Shown one piece after another: positions 28,430 to 38,854 of a DNA stretch of 64,000 nt (the first letter of the stretch is position 1; each line of letters starts with the position of its first letter). Where the stretch lies: the NCBI GenBank assembly GCA_963721805.1, contig CAVRJY010000002.1:352001-416000 (forward strand), read 5' to 3'. The notes under the pieces were generated by a model that saw nothing but the letters and a program-made list of their open reading frames with translations, was not told the DNA's origin and ran no database searches. The stretch is from Nitrospirota bacterium. Its GTDB lineage: Bacteria; Nitrospirota; Thermodesulfovibrionia; Thermodesulfovibrionales; JdFR-86. Both the position numbers and the translations under genes were made by a program.

Positions 28430-29691
28430 CAGACCCCCACGCGCCTTTCGATCTCGTTAAGCGCCCTTGCGGTCGCGCCCTGGTTTTTCATCATCAGCTC
28501 GCGCGCGCGGCTGCCTATGGCCTCGCGCCTTTCGGGGTCTTTTAATAACGAGAGCAGGGCCTCACGGAGGCCCTCACCGGTAGTAGCTATTACAGCCCCG
28601 CGCTCGATGAACTCCTTCACGAACGGGAAGTTCCACATGTTCGGGCCGCAGAGGACTGTCTTGCCCCAGTATGCGGGCTCAAGCGGGTTTTGCCCGCCGT
28701 GCGGGATGAAGCTCCCGCCGATTATCACGAGGCCGGCCGACTTGTACACGGACGATAGCTCGCCCACGGTATCGAGCAGCACTACGGCCGCATCGATCGC
28801 GGTGGCGCCGTCCGCGATCGCGGAGCGCCTGACGAAAGGTATGCCCCTGAGCTTCAGCATCGCGGCCACCGCATCACATCGCTCCGGGTGGCGCGGGGCC
28901 AGCACGAGGCGCAGTCCCACTACCTCCGGGACAAGCCGCATGTAAGCGTCCGCGACCAGTTCCTCCTCGCCGCGGTGCGTGCTGCCCGCGACGATCATAG
29001 GCCCGTTGCCCGCTATCAGCCCGGGCCAGGTCAGGGCCCTCTCGACAGGCTTTTTCATGTCGAATTTCAGGCTCCCGGTCACGGTTACGCGGCCCTCATC
29101 GGCGCCCATCCCGATTATCCTCCGGGCGTAGAGCTCGTCCTGCATACAATAGAGCGCCACGCGGCCCAGAAGCCCGCGCAGCAGCGGCCTGATCCTCATA
29201 TAGCCCTTGAATGATTTGTCCGATATCCGGCCGTTTAGGAGCACTATAGGCACCCCGGCCCTGTCGAGGGATCTAAACATGTTGGGCCAGAGTTCGGTCT
29301 CCATGTTAACGAACAGGGTGGGGCGGTGGAGGCGCACCGCGCGGCTGAAGATGATGCCCAGGTCCAGCGGGAGGTATATGACCTTCGCGATGCCGCCGAG
29401 CCGTTCGCGCGCGACCGCCTGCCCGGTGTCGGTCACGGTCGATATAATTACTCTGTATCCGGGGTGGCGATCCCTGAATGCGGCGATGAAGTCAGATGCG
29501 GCTATCGCCTCGCCTACCGATACCGCATGGACCCAGAGCGTCTTGCCGGCGGGCTCTGGAGATGGGGCCTCCGGCCCCCCCAGCTTCTCCCTGAGCCAGC
29601 GGCCCCGCGCCTCGGCCGGGCGCTTCAGATACTCCCTGGGCAGGATTATGATGTGCGCCAGCAGATATACGAGGCTATAGATCAACCGCAT
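28429..29691 (-). CDS. waaA: 3-deoxy-D-manno-octulosonic acid (Kdo) transferase
   Basis: WVHAVSVGE, ETELWPN, AGSTH, PRHPER, GGQNPLEPA. Confidence 0.95.
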   Translation of the reverse strand: MRLIYSLVYLLAHIIILPREYLKRPAEARGRWLREKLGGPEAPSPEPAGKTLWVHAVSVGEAIAASDFIAAFRDRHPGYRVIISTVTDTGQAVARERLGGIAKVIYLPLDLGIIFSRAVRLHRPTLFVNMETELWPNMFRSLDRAGVPIVLLNGRISDKSFKGYMRIRPLLRGLLGRVALYCMQDELYARRIIGMGADEGRVTVTGSLKFDMKKPVERALTWPGLIAGNGPMIVAGSTHRGEEELVADAYMRLVPEVVGLRLVLAPRHPERCDAVAAMLKLRGIPFVRRSAIADGATAIDAAVVLLDTVGELSSVYKSAGLVIIGGSFIPHGGQNPLEPAYWGKTVLCGPNMWNFPFVKEFIERGAVIATTGEGLREALLSLLKDPERREAIGSRARELMMKNQGATARALNEIERRVGV

Positions 29692-31444
29692 CGATATCGA
29701 CGAAGACCGCGCCGCCGAACTGCAGGTCGTGGAGCCGCCTGTACATCCCGCCCAGCTCTATGAGCTCGGCGTGCGTGCCGGTCTCGACGATCCTGCCGTG
29801 GTCGAGCACGACGATGCGGTCGGCCATCTTGATGGTCGAAAGCCTGTGGGCGATGATGAAGATCGTCTTCTTCTCGGTTGTCCGGCCGCCCTCGAGTATG
29901 AGCCTGTCGAGGGCCTTCTGCACCATCATCTCGCTCTCGGTGTCGAGGGCGGAGGTCGCCTCGTCCAGTATCAGGATCTGCGGGTCGTTGAGTATCGCGC
30001 GCGCTATCGAGAGCCTCTGGCGCTGGCCGCCCGAGAGCATCACGCCGCCTTCGCCGATCATCGTGTCGTAGCCGTTGGGGAGCGTGATTATGAACTCGTG
30101 CGCATATGCCGCCTTGGAGGCGCTGAGCATCTCTTCCTCGCTGGCGTCGCCGCGCCCGTATACGATGTTGGCGCGCAGGGTGTCGTTAAACAGCAGCACC
30201 TGCTGGCTGACTATCCCGATCTGCGAGCGCAGGGAGCGCAGCGTCATCTCGTTGATGTCGACGCCGTCGATCTTGATCCTGCCCTCCTGCGGGAGGTAGA
30301 ACTTCGCCAACAGGTCGACCATCGTCGTCTTGCCCGAGCCGCTGCGGCCGACCAGCGCGATCACCTCGCCCTTTTTTACCTTGAGGTTGATGTGTTCCAG
30401 AGCGTCCACCTGGCGGCTCTTGTACCGGAACGATACGTCCTGAAACTCGATGGACTCCCTGACCGGCGGCGCCTCGAACCCGCCTTCGGGCTCCGGGGCT
30501 TGCGACAGGACCTGCTCGATGCGGGCCATATAGGCATCCGCGCGCTTAAATGCGTTGCTGGCCTCCGCGAGCTTCTTGGCGGGCGCATAGATCATCATCA
30601 CCGCCGCGATGAGCGACAGGAAATCCCCGGTCGTGATGGCGTGGTCGTTTATGAGCTTCCCGCCGTAGAGGACTATGATCGCGACCCCTATGCCGGAGAT
30701 GAAGTCCATGGCAAACGACGTGGCCTCATCGAGCCTCGTCCCGCGCATCTGCTGGCGGTAGTACTCGTGGCTCTTGTGCCAGAAGCGGTCGCTCTCGGCC
30801 TGCTCCATCGAAAAGGACTTTATGACCCTGAGGGCGATCAGCCCCTCAGAGAGTATCTCGGTCAGGCGCGCCACGTGCCTTTGCGTGCGCTCCGAAACTA
30901 TCCTGAGCTTGTTGCCGATATTCCTCACCACGTAAAACGAAAACGGCAGGACCGTCAGGGCCAGCAGCGTGAGGTCCCACCTGCGGTACATTGCGACTGT
31001 GATGAGCACGACGATCGTCCCCCCGCTTACGAAGACGTCCTTGATCTTGTCGACCAGCAGGCGCTGGAGCATGCCGGCGTCGTTTAATATCCTCGATACC
31101 ATCTTGCCGGAGGAGTTTGTGCCGTAATGGCCCATCGGCAGGCGGAGCATGTGGGCGAACAGCTTGTTGCGCATGTCGCGGACCAGCTTGTTTCCGATGG
31201 ACCGCATCAGGTAGTTCTGGATGAAGCCGAACGCGCCCTTGGTGAAGAACAGCGCCACGATGCCCATTGCGATATAGAAAAGGAACATCGTGTCGTGCGC
31301 CACGAATACGTTGTCGATCATCGGCTTTACGAGCCATGCCATCGCGCCGTTGATCCCCGATAGCAGCAGGCCGCAGAGCGCCGCCGCTATCATCGGGACC
31401 CAGTAGGCCCGCACCATCAAGATGAATTTCTTTAACCTAGCCAT
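29675..31444 (-). CDS. msbA: Lipid A export ABC transporter MsbA
   Basis: TM domain plus GRSGSGKT, LSGGQRQR and ILDEATSALD, located between lpxB and waaA. Confidence 0.88.
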   Translation of the reverse strand: MARLKKFILMVRAYWVPMIAAALCGLLLSGINGAMAWLVKPMIDNVFVAHDTMFLFYIAMGIVALFFTKGAFGFIQNYLMRSIGNKLVRDMRNKLFAHMLRLPMGHYGTNSSGKMVSRILNDAGMLQRLLVDKIKDVFVSGGTIVVLITVAMYRRWDLTLLALTVLPFSFYVVRNIGNKLRIVSERTQRHVARLTEILSEGLIALRVIKSFSMEQAESDRFWHKSHEYYRQQMRGTRLDEATSFAMDFISGIGVAIIVLYGGKLINDHAITTGDFLSLIAAVMMIYAPAKKLAEASNAFKRADAYMARIEQVLSQAPEPEGGFEAPPVRESIEFQDVSFRYKSRQVDALEHINLKVKKGEVIALVGRSGSGKTTMVDLLAKFYLPQEGRIKIDGVDINEMTLRSLRSQIGIVSQQVLLFNDTLRANIVYGRGDASEEEMLSASKAAYAHEFIITLPNGYDTMIGEGGVMLSGGQRQRLSIARAILNDPQILILDEATSALDTESEMMVQKALDRLILEGGRTTEKKTIFIIAHRLSTIKMADRIVVLDHGRIVETGTHAELIELGGMYRRLHDLQFGGAVFVDIDAVDL

Positions 31445-32580
31445 CCGGCCATCTCCCCGACTATCGCGGCCACCCGGGCCGACGGATGTTTTCCCTCGAA
31501 TATCCCGCGCACCGTGCGCAGGTCCTTGAGCATATTGTCCCGGTATGCGGCGTCCCCGAGCAGCCTGCCGATCTCGGCCATCACCCCGGCCTCGCCGGCT
31601 TTGTCCTGTATGAGCTCAACGACGGCAGACCGGCCGAGCACGAGGTTCGTGATCGTTATGTGTTTTATCTTGAGTATCAGCCTGGCTATCCAGTACGTTA
31701 CCGGGGCCACCCGGTATACAATGACCATCGGCGTGCCGGTGAGCGTGGCCTGAAGCGAAGAAGTCCCCGAGGTTATCACCGCGGCCTCGGAGGCGGCGAG
31801 CGCGACGACCGCGTTTACGCCCCTGAGCACGAGGACGCCCTCGCGCTCGAACTCCCCCAGCCCGGCCTCATACCGCGCCGCGTCGAGGTTCGGCGCAAGC
31901 GGCATGAGCAGGCGGTACCCCGGGTAGTCAGTTTTCAAGCGCCGGGCCACCTGAAGAAACAGCGGGAGCATGTATTTAAGCTCCGTAGGCCGGCTGCCGG
32001 GCATGAGCGTAAGTACGGGCTCCTGAGCGGGTATCCCAAGCGCGGCCTTCGCGGCTGATTTCTCCATTGGGAGCGTCGCGAGCTCGTCCGTTATCGGATG
32101 CCCGACGAACTCGCACTGAAGCCCCGAGCCCCGGTATACGTCCTCCTCAAACGGGAGCACCGCGGCCATGCGGTCCGCTACGCGGGCGAGCGTCTTTATC
32201 CTGCCGCGCCTCCACGCCCAGACCTGAGGGCTGACGTAGTAGAGCACCTTAATGCCGAGAGCCTTGGCCGCGGCCGCGACGCGGAAATTGAAATCGGGAT
32301 AATCTATACAGACGACCACGGCCGGCCTGAGGCTGCGCATCGCATCGACCGTCTTTCGCAGCGTCTCGCGCACTGTTTTGATCGCCGAGACCGCCTCTAT
32401 GAGCCCGAAGACCCCGGCGATGCCCGCTATGAGCTCGACCCCGGCCGCGCGCATCTTCTCGCCGCCGACGCCCACCACCCGCACGCCGGGCCACGAGGCT
32501 TGCAGCTCCCGCGCCAGCATCGAGCCGTAAAGCTCTCCAGAGCTCTCCCCGGTGACGATCATGACGGTCCTCTCAGGCAC
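31432..32580 (-). CDS. lpxB: Lipid-A-disaccharide synthase
   Basis: GESSGELYG, IDYPDFN, YVSPQVWAWR, FVGHP, MPGSR. Confidence 0.95.
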   Translation of the reverse strand: MPERTVMIVTGESSGELYGSMLARELQASWPGVRVVGVGGEKMRAAGVELIAGIAGVFGLIEAVSAIKTVRETLRKTVDAMRSLRPAVVVCIDYPDFNFRVAAAAKALGIKVLYYVSPQVWAWRRGRIKTLARVADRMAAVLPFEEDVYRGSGLQCEFVGHPITDELATLPMEKSAAKAALGIPAQEPVLTLMPGSRPTELKYMLPLFLQVARRLKTDYPGYRLLMPLAPNLDAARYEAGLGEFEREGVLVLRGVNAVVALAASEAAVITSGTSSLQATLTGTPMVIVYRVAPVTYWIARLILKIKHITITNLVLGRSAVVELIQDKAGEAGVMAEIGRLLGDAAYRDNMLKDLRTVRGIFEGKHPSARVAAIVGEMAGWLG

Positions 32581-33661
32581 GCCTGATCACGGAGGAGATC
32601 AGCTCGATATCCGAGGGGTTGAGCTCCGGGCATATCGGCAGCGAGAGGACCTCGGAGGCGGCGCGTTCGGCCTCCGGGAGGTCGCCCTTTTTGTAGCCCA
32701 GCTTGCGGAGCGCCTTTTGCAGGTGCAGGGGCACCGGGTAGTAGATCATCGATGAGATGCCCTCGGCCTTGAGGGCCTGCTGCAGCGCGTCGCGCCTGGG
32801 GCTCCGCACCGTGAACTGGTGGTATACGTGCCTGTAGCCCGGGCGCTCGATGGGGCACTCGACGCTGTCTCCAAGCAGCGAGCGGTAGAGGGCGGCCTTC
32901 TGCCTCCGAAGCTCGTTCCACTGCTCTATGTGCTTGAATTTCACGAGCAGTATCGCGGCCTGTATCTCGTCCAGGCGGCTGTTGATGCCGATGACGTCAT
33001 GGCGGTAGGTCTTGGACGAGCCGTGGTTTCTGAGCATCCTGACCACATCGGCCACGGCGGGGTCCTTTAGCGTGACCAGCCCCCCGTCGCCGACCGCGCC
33101 CAGGTTCTTGCTCGGATAGAAGCTGTAACACCCGGCATCGCCTATCCCCCCGGTCATCAGGCCCTTGGCGGTCGCGCCGAAGGACTGCGCGCAGTCCTCG
33201 ACCACGAGCAGGGAGTGCCGCTTCGCGATGTCCATGATGCGGCCCATCTCGGCCGGGTGGCCGAATATGTGCACCGGCAGGATGGCCTTCGTCTTCTTGG
33301 TTATGCGGGCCTCGATCTTCTCGGGGTCTATGTTCATCGTGTCATGCTCGATATCGACCAGCACCGGCCGCGCCCCAAGATAGCAGATCGCCTCGACGGT
33401 CGCGAAAAACGTAAACGGCGTGGTGATGACCTCGTCGCCGCGCTTCACTCCGAGGGCCTGAAGCGCGAGGTGCAGGGCGTCTGTGCCGGAGGCTACGCCG
33501 AGCGCGGAGCCCGCGCCGACATACTCGCGCACCTTCTCCTCGAACTCGCGCACGCGCGGCCCGAGGACGTATGCGCTGCTCTCTAACACCGCGGCCACGG
33601 CCTCCATGACCTCGCCCCGGATGGACTCGAACTGCTTATGAAGGTTTATCATCGGTATCAT
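32573..33661 (-). CDS. DegT/DnrJ/EryC1/StrS aminotransferase (GnnB-like)
   Basis: SGTDAL, EDCAQSFGA, SFYPSKNLG, NSRLDEIQAA. Directly upstream of lpxB. Confidence 0.85.
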   Translation of the reverse strand: MIPMINLHKQFESIRGEVMEAVAAVLESSAYVLGPRVREFEEKVREYVGAGSALGVASGTDALHLALQALGVKRGDEVITTPFTFFATVEAICYLGARPVLVDIEHDTMNIDPEKIEARITKKTKAILPVHIFGHPAEMGRIMDIAKRHSLLVVEDCAQSFGATAKGLMTGGIGDAGCYSFYPSKNLGAVGDGGLVTLKDPAVADVVRMLRNHGSSKTYRHDVIGINSRLDEIQAAILLVKFKHIEQWNELRRQKAALYRSLLGDSVECPIERPGYRHVYHQFTVRSPRRDALQQALKAEGISSMIYYPVPLHLQKALRKLGYKKGDLPEAERAASEVLSLPICPELNPSDIELISSVIRRA

Positions 33662-33668
33662 GTTGTTT

Positions 33669-34592
33669 TTACCTTGACAGGGCCGATATGCGCCCGGCGA
33701 TATCTATGGCGTACTTTAGAGCACGCCTCGCGTCCTCGCCCGATACCCTCGGCCTCCTCCTTGTTTTTATGCAATCGATGAAATCGATCAGCTCCTCGCG
33801 GAGCGGTTCCCTCTGTTCTATGGTTATGGACTCGGCCATGACCTCGCTGCCGGACTTCCTGTGGCGCGTGATGGTCGCCTTCTGGTAGTCGAGCTCGTAG
33901 GCGTCGTCAGCCTCGATTACGCTCAGAAGCCTGCGTTTCTCTCCAGCGACGCGGCTTGCGCTCAGGCGCGCCGTCACGCCGCCCTCAAACTCGATCCATG
34001 CGCTCGCGCTGTCGATGCGGCCGGTTATCACGCTTGCCCCCGCGGCCCTGATATCGAAGATCTCGCGCCCGCCGACAAGGCTGAAAACTATGTCGATGTC
34101 ATGGATCATGAGGTCCAGCGTTATGTCCACGTCCGCGCCGCGCCCGAGAAAGGGCGATACGCGCTCGGCCTCGATGAAGACCGGCTCGCGCACGAGTTCC
34201 ATGAGCCTTACCACCGAGGGGTTATACCGCTCGAGGTGCCCGACCTGCAATATCTTAGCGCGGGCTGCCGCCTCGGCTATGAGTTCGTCGGCCTCATCCA
34301 CGGTCGCGGTGACAGGTTTTTCGACCAGCACGTCCACCCCGGCCCGTAGGCAGTCCATAGCGACCGCGTGATGAGTCGTCGTCGGCGTTACGATGCTCAC
34401 CGCGTCTACGTCCCCCAGCATCGGGCGGTAGTCCGTGACCGGCGTTCCGCCGAATTTCCCGGCGGCCGCGGCCGCGGCATCGGGGTTCGCGTCGGCGATG
34501 AAGGCAAGCTCCACGCCGTTTATCGAGGAATATATCCTCGCATGGTGCGCCCCGAGGTACCCGACCCCTATGACTCCGACCTTTATCGCCAT
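33669..34592 (-). CDS. Gfo/Idh/MocA oxidoreductase (GnnA-like)
   Basis: GVIGVGYLG, VEKP, GHLERYNP, DLMIHDID. Confidence 0.85.
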   Translation of the reverse strand: MAIKVGVIGVGYLGAHHARIYSSINGVELAFIADANPDAAAAAAGKFGGTPVTDYRPMLGDVDAVSIVTPTTTHHAVAMDCLRAGVDVLVEKPVTATVDEADELIAEAAARAKILQVGHLERYNPSVVRLMELVREPVFIEAERVSPFLGRGADVDITLDLMIHDIDIVFSLVGGREIFDIRAAGASVITGRIDSASAWIEFEGGVTARLSASRVAGEKRRLLSVIEADDAYELDYQKATITRHRKSGSEVMAESITIEQREPLREELIDFIDCIKTRRRPRVSGEDARRALKYAIDIAGRISALSR

Positions 34593-34739
34593 ATATATCC
34601 TATATACATAAGTTCATAAATACCCAATATTTTGCACGATAGGGATATGGATTTACAAGCTTGCGGCTACGCCTGACATAGCCGATATGCCGCCGCCCTG
34701 CCGGCCGGCAGGGCGGCGGCTCGGTGCTCTGCTAGTGCG

Positions 34740-35927
34740 TCAGAATACCGGCGTCGGCACGCTGCCCCACCCGGTATCGGAGGGCAGGTCCCTGATCTCG
34801 AGGATTTCGGCCTCGTGGACCTCGACGTCGGCCATGAAGCGCGGGGTCCTTTGTGCGCCGATAGAGAGCAGATCATATGGGTCATCGGACGCAACGCCCT
34901 CGATCTGCAGGAATATTATCCTGCGGACGGTCTGCCCGCCCATGCCTTGCTCCGGTGCCTGAGGCCCGCCATGGTGCATCATGTGGTGGCCGCCGCTGAG
35001 GTGGGCGAAGGGGTGCAGGATCCAGTCAGTGATCATGCCCATGGCGTGGTGCTGCTTATAGAGCCTCCAGTCGCCCCCGGTGTCCGCGATAAGCCCCTGC
35101 ATGATGTAGTCGCGCGGGATGAAGTACGCCAGGTACCGTTCGCCCGGTACCAGCCTCTGGCTGATCTCCGGCGAGGCGAGCAGGGTGGACATCCGGTGCT
35201 CGAGCATCGGCATATCGGAGGGGTCTATCGCCAGCACCGCCACGCTGCCGCCATCGGACCACAGCGGCAGGTGCCTGATCGTGTACGCCCTCAGCCCGAA
35301 GGCCCCTCCAAGCGCAAGCGCGCACAGAAGGACGAAAAACGCGGCCCGCCCGGCAGCGCCGGATGGAAATATCGCGCGCTCCACCCTCGCGGGCAGGAAC
35401 ATCCCCGTGCCTGCCATGTATTCCCTGTAAGTTTCGGGATACTCGGCGAGCATCCGGCGCTCCTCGTCCTTCGCGAGGGCATAGTAAACCAGCGCCATCG
35501 CAAGCCAGAGTACCACGACGAGCACCCTCGGCCAGAGGATCGCGAGCCCCGCCCCTGCCGCCGCGAGGCCAGCGTACTGCGGGTGCCTGATCACGGAATA
35601 CAGCCCCTTAAGCGCCGCGCCGCGCCTGCGGAGCTTGTTGGAGTATACCTGGGCCGCGCATATGAGGAAGACCCCGAGCCCGCCCAAAAACAGCACCGAG
35701 CCCGCCACCCGCACTGCCTTAAGCAGGGCGTCGGGGGGCACGACCATGTGGGGGAGGAAGAACACGCTCAGCCATCTGGTGGCCGGGTATTTCGCGACCG
35801 CGAGCAAAAAAGGGTTGAAGGCCGAGTAGAAAAACCCCGCAAACGGGCTTATCATAATCAGGACTTCGAGGGCGATAATGAAATAGAACACTATCGCGCC
35901 CTTAAAGACCGCGCTGGCCTTATTCAT
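34740..35927 (-). CDS. Membrane protein with isoprenylcysteine carboxyl methyltransferase-like domain and soluble C-terminal extension
   Basis: Multiple TM segments, GLYSVIRHPQY and EERRML...YREY. Confidence 0.7.
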   Translation of the reverse strand: MNKASAVFKGAIVFYFIIALEVLIMISPFAGFFYSAFNPFLLAVAKYPATRWLSVFFLPHMVVPPDALLKAVRVAGSVLFLGGLGVFLICAAQVYSNKLRRRGAALKGLYSVIRHPQYAGLAAAGAGLAILWPRVLVVVLWLAMALVYYALAKDEERRMLAEYPETYREYMAGTGMFLPARVERAIFPSGAAGRAAFFVLLCALALGGAFGLRAYTIRHLPLWSDGGSVAVLAIDPSDMPMLEHRMSTLLASPEISQRLVPGERYLAYFIPRDYIMQGLIADTGGDWRLYKQHHAMGMITDWILHPFAHLSGGHHMMHHGGPQAPEQGMGGQTVRRIIFLQIEGVASDDPYDLLSIGAQRTPRFMADVEVHEAEILEIRDLPSDTGWGSVPTPVF

Positions 35928-36049
35928 ATACAGATTATACCCCGTGAGAGCTGATCCTGCTCTCCGGCGATGGGGCGCGGTGCCAGAAGCCGATTTGACT
36001 TTTTTGGCCCGGATTCTGTTTAATTATTACTTCGCAAGGAGGACGAGAA

Positions 36050-36364
36050 ATGTACGCATACATAGAAGAGGGCGGCAACCAGCACAAAGTCGAGGCCGGG
36101 ATGATCATAAACGTCGAGAAGATCGACGCCGAGGCCGGTTCTGAGGTCAAGCTTAACAAGGTGCTCGCGGTCATTGGCGACCAGAGCGCGGTATTCGGCA
36201 CCCCGTACGTCCAGAACGCCTCGGTCACGGCCGAGGTCATTGGCACCGCGAAGGGCAACAAGGTGCTCATATTCAAAAAGAGGCCGAGGAAGGTCCACAT
36301 GAAGCTCCGAGGCCACAGGCAGCTGATCACGACTCTGAAGATCAAGGAAATCCAGGGGGTATAA
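36050..36364 (+). CDS. rplU: 50S ribosomal protein L21
   Basis: MYAYIEEGGNQHKV...GHRQ, followed by L27. Confidence 0.93.
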   Translation: MYAYIEEGGNQHKVEAGMIINVEKIDAEAGSEVKLNKVLAVIGDQSAVFGTPYVQNASVTAEVIGTAKGNKVLIFKKRPRKVHMKLRGHRQLITTLKIKEIQGV

Positions 36365-36370
36365 GACACC

Positions 36371-36634
36371 ATGGCGCATAAAAAAGGCGTAGGAAGCTCA
36401 CGTAACGGCCGCGACAGCGAGTCCAAGCGTCTCGGCGTAAAGAAATACGGCGGCCAGGCAGTGCTCGCCGGCAACATCATCATCCGCCAGCGCGGCACCA
36501 AGGTCCACCCCGGCAACAACGTCGGGCTCGGCCGCGACCACACGCTCTTCGCGCTCATCGACGGCGTGGTCACATTCGAGCGCTTCGGCAAGCTCAGGAA
36601 AAAAGTCAGCGTATATTCGGCCGCGACCGCCTAA
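36371..36634 (+). CDS. rpmA: 50S ribosomal protein L27
   Basis: [24 protein letters not shown]. Confidence 0.98.
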   Translation: MAHKKGVGSSRNGRDSESKRLGVKKYGGQAVLAGNIIIRQRGTKVHPGNNVGLGRDHTLFALIDGVVTFERFGKLRKKVSVYSAATA

Positions 36635-36663
36635 GACGGCCCGCGTTACACATCCGACGATCC

Positions 36664-36693
36664 AGGGGCGGCTTATGCCGCCCCTTTTTTTTT
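36664..36693 (+). terminator. Intrinsic terminator after rpmA
   Basis: GGGGCGGC-TTAT-GCCGCCCC followed by a long T run. Confidence 0.85.
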
Positions 36694-36761
36694 ATTAATC
36701 AGCCTAACCCCGGAATCCGGCTACGGATACGGGTGAAACGAGGATTCTTGAAGTGAATACC

Positions 36762-37763
36762 ATGCAGTTTATCGATTACGTAACCATAGATATCAAGGCC
36801 GGCCACGGCGGCCCGGGCAGCGTGAGCTTCAGGCGCGAGAAGTTCGTTCCGCGCGGAGGGCCCTCGGGCGGCGACGGAGGCAAGGGCGGCGACGTCATAT
36901 TCGAGGCCCGCACGCGCCTCAATACGCTTTTTGACCTCAACTACCACAAATCCTACGTCGCCGAAAACGGCGAGGCCGGGATGAAGAAAAAGATGCACGG
37001 AAGCGACGGCGCGGACGAGGTCATCCCGGTCCCGGTCGGGACTATACTTAAGGACGCCGAGACCGGCGAGGTCCTGGCCGACCTGACCGAGGACGGCGAG
37101 AGTTACATCGCCGCGCACGGGGGCAAGGGCGGCCTGGGTAACTCGCACTTCGCCACGGCCGTGCGGCAGGCCCCCCGGTACGCTCAGCCCGGACTGCCGG
37201 GCGTCGAGCTCACGATTACGGCCGAGCTCAAGCTGCTGGCCGACGTCGGGATCATCGGGCTTCCGAACGCCGGGAAGTCCACTCTGATCTCTGTCATCAC
37301 GGCCGCGCGGCCGAAGATCGCTGACTACCCGTTTACCACATTGATACCGAATCTGGGCGTGGTGAAGTTCGAGGACCGCAGGAGCTTCGTGATCGCGGAC
37401 ATACCCGGCCTGATCGAGGGCGCACACCGCGGGGCCGGGCTAGGGTTTCAGTTCCTGCGCCACGTCGAGCGCACGCGCCTGCTGGTGCACCTGGTGGACG
37501 TCTCGGAGATGTCCGAGACCGACCCGGTCGAGGACCTCCTTACCGTAAACCGCGAGCTTCAGCTCTATAGCCCCGAGCTTGCGCTTAAGCCTCAGTGCGT
37601 CGCCGCATCGAAGATCGAAATCAAAGGCGACGGCGCGAAGCTTGACAAGCTCGCGGATTATTGCAAGACTAATGGGATCGTTTTTTTCGGGATCTCGGCC
37701 GCAACGCACCTTGGCACGCAGGAATTGCTTGAGTACCTGACCGATCAGATGGAGCGGCAATGA
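36762..37763 (+). CDS. obgE: GTPase ObgE/CgtA
   Basis: FRREKFVPRGGPSGGDGGKGG, GLPNAGKST, YPFTT, DIPG. Start ATG 36762 or GTG 36753. Confidence 0.96.
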   Translation: MQFIDYVTIDIKAGHGGPGSVSFRREKFVPRGGPSGGDGGKGGDVIFEARTRLNTLFDLNYHKSYVAENGEAGMKKKMHGSDGADEVIPVPVGTILKDAETGEVLADLTEDGESYIAAHGGKGGLGNSHFATAVRQAPRYAQPGLPGVELTITAELKLLADVGIIGLPNAGKSTLISVITAARPKIADYPFTTLIPNLGVVKFEDRRSFVIADIPGLIEGAHRGAGLGFQFLRHVERTRLLVHLVDVSEMSETDPVEDLLTVNRELQLYSPELALKPQCVAASKIEIKGDGAKLDKLADYCKTNGIVFFGISAATHLGTQELLEYLTDQMERQ

Positions 37764-38854
37764 GGATAGTCGTAAAGATAGGCAGCAACATACTGGCCGG
37801 GGCGGGGGGGATCAACTCGGCCCGCATACGCTCGATCGCGCGCACCGTCTCTGCACTGCATGATGCGGGGACCGAGATCGTTATCGTCTCGTCAGGGGCG
37901 GTCGCGGCCGGGATGAAGCGGCTGGGACTAAAGAGCAAGCCCAAGGACATCCAGCTTAAGCAGGCCGCCGCGGCGGTCGGGCAGCCCGCGCTCGTATGGG
38001 AGTATGAGAAGGCCTTCACCGAGCACCGCAAGACCGTGGCTCAGGTGCTGCTTACGCGCGACGCCCTCTCTGACCGCGGCATGTACATCAATTCCAAGAA
38101 CACCTTGATCGCCCTGATCGAGCGCGGCGTTATCACGATCATCAACGAAAACGACACCGTGGCCACGGACGAGATCAAGTTCGGCGACAACGACCGCCTC
38201 GCGGCGATGGTCGCCTCGCTGATCGAGGCCGACCGCCTCGTGATCCTCTCGGACGTCGACGGCCTGTATACCGCCGATCCCAAGGCCGACCCCAAGGCCG
38301 AGCTGATAAGGCAGGTCCACACTATCACGCAGGAGCTATTAGACCGCGCCGGGGGGGTCGGAAGCGCCGTCGGAACCGGGGGGATGTACTCAAAGCTCCT
38401 GGCCGCGCGCATGGCCGCCAGGTGCGGCATCGCAACGAGCATAATAAGCGGACGCAGGCCCGCGCTGCTCGGCCGTTTGATGGACGGAAAGCAGGTTGGC
38501 ACGGAGTTCGTGCCGTCGGCCGAGAAACTCTCCTCGCGCAAGGGCTGGATCGCGCACGGGATCAGGCCCAAGGGGACACTCGTGCTCGACGCCGGTGCGG
38601 TGCGCGCGCTTACTGCCTCTCAAAAGAGCCTCCTGCCCTCCGGCATCACGGCGGTGGATGGCGAGTTTAAGGCGGGCGACGCGGTCTATTGCGTGGACGG
38701 CTCTGGCAGGCGCATCGCCAAGGGGCTTACGAACTATTCCTCTGAAGAACTCGTTAAAATTCGCGGGCTTAAGACCTCGGAGATCGAGCGGGTGCTCGGA
38801 TATAAATACTCAGACGAGGCGATACACCGCGACAATATCGTCATCCTCGACTGA
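37760..38854 (+). CDS. proB: Glutamate 5-kinase
   Basis: VVKIGS, NENDTV, FGDND, GTGGM and a C-terminal PUA domain. Confidence 0.95.
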   Translation: MRIVVKIGSNILAGAGGINSARIRSIARTVSALHDAGTEIVIVSSGAVAAGMKRLGLKSKPKDIQLKQAAAAVGQPALVWEYEKAFTEHRKTVAQVLLTRDALSDRGMYINSKNTLIALIERGVITIINENDTVATDEIKFGDNDRLAAMVASLIEADRLVILSDVDGLYTADPKADPKAELIRQVHTITQELLDRAGGVGSAVGTGGMYSKLLAARMAARCGIATSIISGRRPALLGRLMDGKQVGTEFVPSAEKLSSRKGWIAHGIRPKGTLVLDAGAVRALTASQKSLLPSGITAVDGEFKAGDAVYCVDGSGRRIAKGLTNYSSEELVKIRGLKTSEIERVLGYKYSDEAIHRDNIVILD

